The notes below the pieces were generated by a model. The model saw only the letters and a program-made list of their open reading frames with translations, searched no databases and was not told the origin of the DNA. Shown here in pieces: positions 8,248 to 15,462 of a stretch of 32,000 nt of DNA. Location of the stretch: assembly GCF_008189285.1 (NCBI RefSeq), contig NZ_CP043315.1, forward strand, positions 240,001 through 272,000, read 5' to 3'. The stretch's first letter is position 1. Each line of letters opens with the position of its first letter. The translations under genes and the position numbers were made by a program. Source of the DNA: Candidatus Saccharimonadota bacterium. GTDB lineage: Bacteria > Pseudomonadota > Alphaproteobacteria > CAJXXZ01 > 1604HC.

Positions 8248-9648
8248 ATGAATATAAACAAATTATTACTATCAACTATAATCATGCAATCTATGATTGC
8301 AGCACCAGATAAAGTAATGCTTGATGAAATGAGAGCAGATATAGAAGTATATCAAAAAGTTAGAGAAGAGAATGATAAGGATCGTGAAATTGTATCGGGA
8401 AATAGAGAGTTTGCTATTTCTTTTATGTTTGATCTAAAAGCGAAAAGCAAGGGTAAAGAAGCATCGTACTTAAAAGATAATATTAATAAAGACATTATGA
8501 ATATTATTGTCTCTTTCTTAATTGGAAACGGTTTTTTCTATAGAATTGATCCAAGCAATCCATATTATGTAGAAAATGAAGATTATAAATTAAGCTATCC
8601 ATTTGATTCATTGAAATACTGTCTTGCAAAATACATTGATGTTAATAATTTTGAATACGTAGATCATGATGGCAGATTTATGAGAAAAGAATACTTTGGC
8701 ATGAAGTATATTTCTATGCATGATGATAAAATAGAAAAAAGTTTGAATGGCTTGATAGAGCTTGATCTATCGCGTAATAAAATCACTTCAATTGAACCAG
8801 GAGCATTTGCAGGATTGAGTAGTTTAACAAGGCTTGATCTATCAGAAAATCAAATCACTTTAATTAAGCCAGGAATATTTGAGGGATTGAGTAGTTTGAC
8901 AGAGCTTGGCCTAGCACACAATCAAATCACTTCACTTGAACCAGGAATATTTGAAGGATTGAGTAGTTTGACAGAGCTTGGTCTAGTATGTCATCAAATC
9001 AAATCACTTGAATCAGGGGCATTTGTAGGATTAAGTAGTTTGACAGAGCTTAGTCTATCAGACAATCAAATCACTTCAATTACAAGAGCATTTGCAGGAT
9101 TGAGTAGTTTGACAAAGCTTAATCTATATAGAAATCAAATTGCTTCAATTGAACCAGGAGCATTTGAAGGATTGGGTAGTTTGACAACGCTTGATTTATC
9201 ATTGAATCAAATCACTTCAATTGAACCAAGAGTATTTGAAGGATTGAGTAGTTTGACAAAGCTTGATTTATCATTGAATCAAATAACTTCAATTGAACCA
9301 GGAGCATTTGCAGGATTGAGCAGCTTAACAGAGTTTTATCTATCGTATAATAAAATCACTTTACTTGAACAAGGAGCATTTGCAGGATTGAGTAGTTTGA
9401 CAAAGCTTAATCTATCAGGCAATCAAATCACTTCACTTGAAAAAGTAGCATTTGAAGGATTGAATAGCTTAACAGAGCTTGATCTATCAAAAAATCAAAT
9501 CATCTCACTTGAATCTGGAGCATTTGAAGGATTGAGTAGTTTAGAATGGATTGGCTTAAGTTGCAATCCTATAGATGATAAATCTAAGGATTTTTGTAAA
9601 TTTAAATTCAATTCCAAACAACTATTAAACAGGCATATAAATATATAA
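8248..9648 (+). CDS. LRR-family paralog C (11 LRR units plus cap; C-terminus runs into a tsaB relic)
   Basis: 466-aa ORF. MNINKLLLSTIIMQSMIAAPD signal-like start, full head, eleven units of consensus LTELxLxxNQITS(L/I)EPGAFAGLSS (one is a 23-residue variant ..ITSITRAFAGLSS), cap NPIDDKSKDF. Confidence 0.9.
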   Translation: MNINKLLLSTIIMQSMIAAPDKVMLDEMRADIEVYQKVREENDKDREIVSGNREFAISFMFDLKAKSKGKEASYLKDNINKDIMNIIVSFLIGNGFFYRIDPSNPYYVENEDYKLSYPFDSLKYCLAKYIDVNNFEYVDHDGRFMRKEYFGMKYISMHDDKIEKSLNGLIELDLSRNKITSIEPGAFAGLSSLTRLDLSENQITLIKPGIFEGLSSLTELGLAHNQITSLEPGIFEGLSSLTELGLVCHQIKSLESGAFVGLSSLTELSLSDNQITSITRAFAGLSSLTKLNLYRNQIASIEPGAFEGLGSLTTLDLSLNQITSIEPRVFEGLSSLTKLDLSLNQITSIEPGAFAGLSSLTEFYLSYNKITLLEQGAFAGLSSLTKLNLSGNQITSLEKVAFEGLNSLTELDLSKNQIISLESGAFEGLSSLEWIGLSCNPIDDKSKDFCKFKFNSKQLLNRHINI

Positions 9649-9743
9649 AGGTTCTTTTATGCAATTTGCATGATTTTCATTTATAGAATTCATAAGCTTT
9701 CCTGCATTTTGTATTAATTCTATTTTCATGTTATTAAGATTAT
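9625..9743 (-). pseudogene. duplicated 3'-terminal fragment of tsaB (about 38 codons)
   Basis: 9611-9743 aligns with 2044-2176 (the 3' end of tsaB plus 14 nt of downstream flank) with about 7 mismatches in 133 nt by eye. No upstream part of the gene is present. Confidence 0.7.
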
Positions 9744-9764
9744 TTATTTTTATTGAAGTTTATA

Positions 9765-9838
9765 CACGCCCGAGAAGAGTCGAACTCCTAACCTTCAAAT
9801 CCGTAGTCTGACGCTCTGTCCAATTGAGCTACGGGCGC
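9765..9838 (-). tRNA. tRNA-Arg (anticodon ACG)
   Basis: Minus strand: GCGCCCG-TA-GCTC-AATTGGACA-GAGC-G-TCAGA-CTACGGA-TTTGA-AGGTT-AGGAG-TTCGACT-CTTCT-CGGGCGT-G. Folds as a cloverleaf with anticodon loop CT-ACG-GA. CCA is not encoded. Confidence 0.9.
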
Positions 9839-9846
9839 AGTCCAAA

Positions 9847-9928
9847 TACCCACTGCCGGACTTGAACCAGCACGACCATAGGTCTGCAGATTTTAAGTCT
9901 GCTGTGTCTACCATTCCACCAAGTGGGC
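9847..9928 (-). tRNA. tRNA-Leu (anticodon UAA), class II with long variable arm
   Basis: Minus strand: GCCCACT-TGGTGGAATGGTAGACAC-A-GCAGA-CTTAAAA-TCTGC-AGACCTATGGTCGTG-CTGG-TTCAAGT-CCGG-C-AGTGGGT-A. Closely parallels E. coli tRNA-Leu(UAA), including G1:U72. CCA is not encoded. Confidence 0.9.
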
Positions 9929-9938
9929 TACAAACTAA

Positions 9939-9967
9939 ATTGTAGTATTTTATGCAGAAAAAATCAA
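9939..9967 (-). promoter_or_regulatory. candidate sigma-70 promoter for the tRNA-Leu/tRNA-Arg pair
   Basis: Minus strand: TTGATT-17 nt-TACAAT, with the -10 ending 10 nt upstream of tRNA-Leu G1. The AT-rich background makes chance matches likely. Confidence 0.4.
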
Positions 9968-10239
9968 TTAATTTTTTAGATTATTTTATATGTATAGTTT
10001 AAATATTATTATGAAATGAATTATATGCATAAAGTATTTATTGCTATTATGTCTTATTTATGTTTTTTGAAATCTTATTAAATAAGGAAAAGTTGAGAAT
10101 TATATTATTTTAAATTTGATTAAATTGTTAATTAAATTGAGAAAGTTGATGGTTATGTATATTTTGAAAAATTGAGAAATTTAATAATTTATATAGTTTT
10201 TTATATTAATTTACATGATTTTTTGTAATATTGAAGATT

Positions 10240-11334
10240 TTATTTATCATTTGCATGATTTTCGTTATATATAATTTTCGCCGCAAACAATCCTCCATGA
10301 ACTGGCATCCATTTTCCAAGCGCTTCTGATTTTTGCTGAAGCTCTGAATTTATATTTGCATTTGAAGAATTTGATAATTTTTCATTTTTTATTTGCTTTT
10401 GTTCCATTTCATTCATTAAGTTAGTTATGAAATTTTTTAAATAGCTAGCGGTAAATTCATGCTCTGGAGCCCACCATCCTCCTCCGCTGTTAGTCCACCA
10501 TTGAGCATTGTATTTTTGATGATTATCTTTTGCATTTGCCCATGGAATTAATAGCCCTGGTCGCATAGAAGCTGTTAGATCGCTAATAGTTCCCATTCCT
10601 GCTCTTGCAATAACCAAGTTGCTCCATGGAAGAGCTTTAGAGGTGTCTACAAATTCTTCCAATACAACTTTTTTCAATTGAATTTCTTGATAAGATTTTG
10701 CAAAATAATTTTTATCCTCACCAACTTGTTGATGTATGCTTATTCTTTGCAAAATTTCTTTTGGTAAATTATGAAGAGCTGATGGGATCACTACTTTCCA
10801 AAATGCGCTTGATAAACTTCCTCCCATAATTAGGATTTTCAGTTCATTTTCAGTTTCTATTGGGTAGGAGATTATATTTGATCTTGGAATCAATCCTACG
10901 CACTCTGCTTTTTGATGATGGATTGCATATGAAGTTGTGAAGATTTTTTTCGCCATATAGGAAAGTAATTTATTTGCTTTTCCTATTAATTGATCTGCTT
11001 GATACAAATAAAGAGGATTTTTCATAACCCAAGCCATTATGCAAGTTGGAAGAGAGGCGTATGATCCAAATCCTACAACAGGACTCTTTTTATATTTTTT
11101 TAGCTCTTTCCAACTTTTTATAAAACTTTTCACGAAGCTATACATGTTAAATAAAATGTTATTTTTTACAGGCAAAACATGTATTTCATCGAATAAATTC
11201 TTATCTATGTATTTTTCTCCACGCTTGTCTGTGAAGATGATTTTGCGCGTATTTACATAGTATGCCATGCCATTTGCAGCAAATACATGACCAGCAGTTC
11301 CTCCTGCTACGAATATAGTTGTTGAGTTTTTCAT
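10240..11334 (-). CDS. murG: UDP-N-acetylglucosamine--N-acetylmuramyl-(pentapeptide)-pyrophosphoryl-undecaprenol GlcNAc transferase
   Basis: 364-aa ORF. N-terminal IFVAGGTAGHVFAA (cf. GGTGGH), GG(S/Y).S, and the C-domain ARAGMGTISDL (cf. RAGA.T..E) motif. Confidence 0.85.
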   Translation of the reverse strand: MKNSTTIFVAGGTAGHVFAANGMAYYVNTRKIIFTDKRGEKYIDKNLFDEIHVLPVKNNILFNMYSFVKSFIKSWKELKKYKKSPVVGFGSYASLPTCIMAWVMKNPLYLYQADQLIGKANKLLSYMAKKIFTTSYAIHHQKAECVGLIPRSNIISYPIETENELKILIMGGSLSSAFWKVVIPSALHNLPKEILQRISIHQQVGEDKNYFAKSYQEIQLKKVVLEEFVDTSKALPWSNLVIARAGMGTISDLTASMRPGLLIPWANAKDNHQKYNAQWWTNSGGGWWAPEHEFTASYLKNFITNLMNEMEQKQIKNEKLSNSSNANINSELQQKSEALGKWMPVHGGLFAAKIIYNENHANDK

Positions 11335-11356
11335 AAAATAGCCTTATTTTTTCAGT

Positions 11357-13099
11357 ATGTCAAAAAAACAATACAGAAGCAATTATTGCATGGACTTAAA
11401 TTCAGACTATATAGACAAAGAAGTTAAATTAGCAGGATGGATTAGAAAGAAAAGAGATCATGGAAATATGATTTTCATAGATTTGAAAGATCATACTGGG
11501 GTTGTTCAATGTGTCATTGATACAAAAAATGAAAACTTTGAAAACATTAATCAGCTGTCTGTTGAAAGTGTTATTTCTTTAGAAGGAAAAGTTATTGCAA
11601 GGCCAAGCGACTCTATAAATGATGGATTAGAGTCAGGAAAGGTGGAGATTGATATTAAAAAAATAACCATTTTATCTAAAGCTCAAACATTGCCTTTTGC
11701 TATGCATCAAGATGATTTAGGGGAAGAATTGAGATTGAAATACAGATTCTTAGATCTTAGAAGAGATGAGATGCAATATAGATTAAAGTTGAGATCAGAT
11801 GTTATCAAGGAAATAAGAGAAATTATGGAAGAAAAAGGATTCATGGAAGTTCATACTCCAATTCTAACTTCAAGTTCCCCTGAAGGTGCGAGAGATTATG
11901 TTGTTCCAAGTAGATTGAATCCAGGGAAGTTTTATGCTTTACCTCAAGCTCCACAACAATTTAAGCAATTGCTGATGGTTTCTGGGGTTAGCAAGTATTA
12001 TCAAATAGCTCCTTGCTTTAGAGATGAAGACACAAGAGCGGATAGAGCTCCTGGGGCTTTTTATCAGCTAGATATGGAAATGGCATTTGCAACTCAAGAG
12101 GAAGTTTTTGAAGTTATTGAAGATGTGATGTTTTCTGTGTTTTCTAAATTTAGATCAGATATGGAGATTTCCAATAAGCCATTTGTAAAAATTCCTTACA
12201 AAGAAGCGATTTTAAAATATGGAAGCGATAAGCCTGATTTGAGAATTCCATTTCATTATCATGATATTACTCATTTGTTTGCTGAGAATTGTCCAAAAAT
12301 ATTTAAATCTATTGTGGAGGGAGGGGGTAAAATTTTGATGCTTCCTGTGAAAGGTTTGAGCAATCAAACGAGGAAATTCTTTGATAGCATGCAGAAATTT
12401 GCTCAGGATCATGGGGCATTTGGTTTAGGTTATATGCTTGTTGGGGAAGGGAAAAGCGGCCCTTTAGCGAAGATATTATCTGATGAAGTTTCCAATGTTG
12501 TTAGAGAAAAAGCAGATGGAGCATTTTTTATTGCTGATTATGAAGTTAATTTGCCCAAATATGCTGGACCTGTATTGAAAAAAGTAGCAGAAGAAATGAA
12601 TTTGATAAACAAAGATAAATACGAATTTTGTTGGATTATTGATTATCCTATGTATGAAATAAATGAAGGAAAATGGGATTTTTCACATAATCCATTTTCT
12701 ATGCCTCAAGGAGAAATGAATGCATTTGAAAAGGACCCTGGAGAAATTATGGCCTATCAATATGATTTAGTTTGCAATGGAATTGAATTAACCAGTGGCG
12801 CGATTAGGAATCATGATCCAGAAATTATGTACAAAGCATTTGAAGTTGCAGGATATTCAAAAGAAGATGTTGATAGAGAGTTTGGCGCAATGATTAACGC
12901 ATTTAAATATGGAGCTCCTCCACATGGTGGATCTGCGCCAGGAATTGATAGAATGATAATGCTGTTAGCTGATACTGAAAATATTAGAGAAATTATACCT
13001 TTTCCACTAAATCAACAAGGTCAAGATTTAATGATGAATGCACCTTGTGAGATTTCAAACAAACATCTTAAAGAGCTTGGAATTAAAATAGAAGAATAA
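11357..13099 (+). CDS. aspS: aspartyl-tRNA synthetase
   Basis: 580-aa ORF. RSNYC...VKLAGWIRKKRDHG, FYALPQAPQQFKQLLMVSG..KYYQIAPCFRDEDTRADR (motif 2), GIELTSGAIRNH, PPHGGSAPGIDR (motif 3). Confidence 0.95.
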   Translation: MSKKQYRSNYCMDLNSDYIDKEVKLAGWIRKKRDHGNMIFIDLKDHTGVVQCVIDTKNENFENINQLSVESVISLEGKVIARPSDSINDGLESGKVEIDIKKITILSKAQTLPFAMHQDDLGEELRLKYRFLDLRRDEMQYRLKLRSDVIKEIREIMEEKGFMEVHTPILTSSSPEGARDYVVPSRLNPGKFYALPQAPQQFKQLLMVSGVSKYYQIAPCFRDEDTRADRAPGAFYQLDMEMAFATQEEVFEVIEDVMFSVFSKFRSDMEISNKPFVKIPYKEAILKYGSDKPDLRIPFHYHDITHLFAENCPKIFKSIVEGGGKILMLPVKGLSNQTRKFFDSMQKFAQDHGAFGLGYMLVGEGKSGPLAKILSDEVSNVVREKADGAFFIADYEVNLPKYAGPVLKKVAEEMNLINKDKYEFCWIIDYPMYEINEGKWDFSHNPFSMPQGEMNAFEKDPGEIMAYQYDLVCNGIELTSGAIRNHDPEIMYKAFEVAGYSKEDVDREFGAMINAFKYGAPPHGGSAPGIDRMIMLLADTENIREIIPFPLNQQGQDLMMNAPCEISNKHLKELGIKIEE

Positions 13100-13104
13100 T
13101 TTTT

Positions 13105-13181
13105 CCACACATTTGTTCGCTTGGTGTTGCAATCATAGATTATGCAAGTATAGCTGATAGTAATAGATTATTTATATTCAT
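13105..13181 (-). pseudogene. 5' relic of an LRR-family gene (promoter plus first 13 codons, in-frame stop, rest deleted), in tandem downstream of paralog D
   Basis: Minus strand: TGATATAAT-acaat-ATG AAT ATA AAT AAT CTA TTA CTA TCA GCT ATA CTT GCA TAA TCT ATG ATT GCA ACA CCA.. This is nearly the 5' end of paralog E (MNINKILLSAILMQSMVAAP). Homology ends at the aspS stop codon. Confidence 0.65.
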
Positions 13182-13222
13182 ATTGTATTATATCATACTT
13201 ATTTTGATTTAATAAATATCTA

Positions 13223-15127
13223 TTAAGATGAGATTGCAATATTTGAGAGCATCTTTTTTAGCTCTTCCAAACAATCCTTAGATTGTTCATCTAAAGCATT
13301 ATAGCTTAATTCAAGTATTTGTAAGCTGCTCAATCCTTCAAATGCTACTTTTTCAAGTGAAGTGATTTGATTTCCTAATAGATCAAGGTCTGTCACACTA
13401 CTCAATCCTGCAAATGCTCCTTGTTCAAGTAAAGTGATTTTATTATACGATAGATAAAGCTCTGTTAAGCTGCTCAATCCTGCAAATGCTCCTGGTTCAA
13501 TTGAAGTGATTTGATTCCATGATAGATCAAGCTTTTTCAAACTACTCAATCCTGCAAATACTCCCGGTTCAATTGAAGTGATTTGATTTTCTGATAGAAA
13601 AAGCTCTGTCAAACTACTCAATCCTGCAAATACTCCTGGTTTAACTGAAGTGATTTTATTGCTATATAGATTAAGCTCTGTAAAACTACTCAATCCTGCA
13701 AATACTCCTGGTTCAATTGAAGCAATTTGATTTTCTGATATATCAAGCTTTATCAAACTACTCAATCCTGCAAATGCTCCTGGTTTAATTTCAGCGATTT
13801 TATTTCCTAATAGATTAAGCTCTGTCAAACTACTTAATCCTGCAAATACTCCTGGTTCAAGTGAAGTGATTTGATTGCCTGATAGACCAAGCTCTGTCAA
13901 ACTACTTAATTCTGCAAATACTCCTGGTTCAAGTGAAGTGATTTGATTTCTATATAGACCAAGCTCTGTCAAACTACTCAATCCTGCAAATGCTCCTGGT
14001 TCAAGTGAAGTGATTTGATTGTCTGATAGATCAAGCTCTGTCAAACTACTCAATCCTGCAAATGCTCTTGTAATTGAAGTGATTTGATTGTCTGGTAGAC
14101 TAAGCTCTGTCAAACTACTCAATCCTTCAAATGCCCCTGGTTTAATTTCAGTGATTTTATTGCTTATCAGAAAAAGCTCTGTCAAACTACTCAATCCTTC
14201 AAATGCCTCTGGTTTAATTTCAGTGATTTTATTGCTTATCAGAAAAAGCTCTGTCAAACTACTCAATCCTGCAAATACTCCTTGTTCAAGTAAAGTGATT
14301 TGATTGGCTGATATATCAAGCTTTTTCAAACTATTCAATCCTTCAAAAGCTCCTGGCTTAATTGAAGTGATTTGATTCCATGATATATCAAGCTTTGTCA
14401 AACTACCCAATCCTGCAAATACTCCTGGTTCAAGTGAAGTGATTTGATTTCCTAATAGATTAAGCGTTGTCAAACTACTCAATCCTGCAAATGCCCCTGA
14501 TTCAAGTGAAGTGATTTTATTACACGATAGATCAAGTATTGCTAAGCCACTCAATCCTTCAAACATTCCTGGTTCAAGTGAAGTGATTGAACTGCGTGGA
14601 AGATAAAGCACTTCCAAACTATTCATGCTTCCTTTAGCTTCGTCATCATGCATAGAAATATACCTTATGCAAAAGTATGCTTTTTCTATAAATCTACCAT
14701 CATGATCTACGTATTCAAAATTATTAACATCAATGTATTTTGCAAGACAGTGTTTCAATGAACTTGATGAATCAAATTCATAATTCAAATTATACATGTT
14801 TTCAGAATAATACGGATTATCTGGATTAATTTTATAGAAATCTCCTTTTTTTACTAAGAAAGAGACAATAATATTCATAATGTCTTTATTAATATTATCT
14901 TTTAAGTACGATGCTTCTTTACCCTTGCTTTTCGCTTTTAGATCAAACATAAAAGAAATAGCAAACTCTCTATTTCCCGATACAATTTCACGATCCTTAT
15001 CATTCTCTTCTCTAACTTTTTGATATACTTCTATGTCTTCCTTCATCATAGCAATATCTTGATCACTTGGCGCTGCAACAATAGATTGCATGATTATAGT
15101 TGATAGCAATAATTTGTTTATATTCAT
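13223..15127 (-). CDS. LRR-family paralog D (18 LRR units plus cap; largest copy)
   Basis: 634-aa ORF. MNINKLLLSTIIMQSIVAAP, a head that is part-identical to C/F, eighteen 24-aa units (one is the 23-residue variant shared with C), cap NALDEQSKDCL. Confidence 0.9.
   Translation of the reverse strand: MNINKLLLSTIIMQSIVAAPSDQDIAMMKEDIEVYQKVREENDKDREIVSGNREFAISFMFDLKAKSKGKEASYLKDNINKDIMNIIVSFLVKKGDFYKINPDNPYYSENMYNLNYEFDSSSSLKHCLAKYIDVNNFEYVDHDGRFIEKAYFCIRYISMHDDEAKGSMNSLEVLYLPRSSITSLEPGMFEGLSGLAILDLSCNKITSLESGAFAGLSSLTTLNLLGNQITSLEPGVFAGLGSLTKLDISWNQITSIKPGAFEGLNSLKKLDISANQITLLEQGVFAGLSSLTELFLISNKITEIKPEAFEGLSSLTELFLISNKITEIKPGAFEGLSSLTELSLPDNQITSITRAFAGLSSLTELDLSDNQITSLEPGAFAGLSSLTELGLYRNQITSLEPGVFAELSSLTELGLSGNQITSLEPGVFAGLSSLTELNLLGNKIAEIKPGAFAGLSSLIKLDISENQIASIEPGVFAGLSSFTELNLYSNKITSVKPGVFAGLSSLTELFLSENQITSIEPGVFAGLSSLKKLDLSWNQITSIEPGAFAGLSSLTELYLSYNKITLLEQGAFAGLSSVTDLDLLGNQITSLEKVAFEGLSSLQILELSYNALDEQSKDCLEELKKMLSNIAISS
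14103..14246. repeat. 72-bp tandem duplication (2 copies, 1 mismatch) inside paralog D
   Basis: 14103-14174 and 14175-14246 differ only at gcccctgg versus gcctctgg. They encode LTELFLISNKITEIKP(E/G)AFEGLSS twice. Confidence 0.9.
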
Positions 15128-15462
15128 CTTGTATTATATTATAATTTTTTATTGCTTGCAAATAATATAAAGTATGTTGCAAGTTGATAAATTATGCATT
15201 AATTACTCTATTAAGAGAATTATTTTAAATTTTTGTTATGTTTATTTCTTTTTTCATGCAAATGCAACTGTGTATTTCTATTTAAACAAGAATCTCAAGT
15301 AATTTTATAATTATTTCTTATATTGCTTTAAATACTTTGGATTATATATTTGTTAAAATTTATAATCAATATGCGCATTTTAGGAGAAAATTGCCTATAT
15401 TTTTTTACGCCAAAAAACAAGTCTTTAGATTATTGTTATTTTTAGTTATGATGATTGGATAG

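Noticed and set aside
9847-9928. A group I intron in tRNA-Leu(UAA), as seen in cyanobacteria and some other bacteria.
   Set aside because: The gene is an uninterrupted 82 nt with an intact anticodon loop CTTAAAA.
10085-10190. Three spaced copies of (a)ttgagaa in the murG-tRNA intergenic region.
   Set aside because: The motif is short (7-8 nt) and sits in very AT-rich DNA with irregular spacing, so it is not distinguishable from chance by eye.
14088-14303. Antisense ORFs inside the LRR arrays (14088-14303 +, 25040-25327 +) with periodic sequences such as SSVKLLNPSNAPG.
   Set aside because: They lie opposite strongly supported LRR CDSs and simply reflect the 72-bp periodicity. They have no independent start context and are short.
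13290-14640. The regular 72-bp periodic repeats could superficially suggest a CRISPR array.
   Set aside because: There is no repeat/unique-spacer alternation. The whole period is conserved, lies in one long ORF, and translates to canonical LRR units. No cas genes are present.
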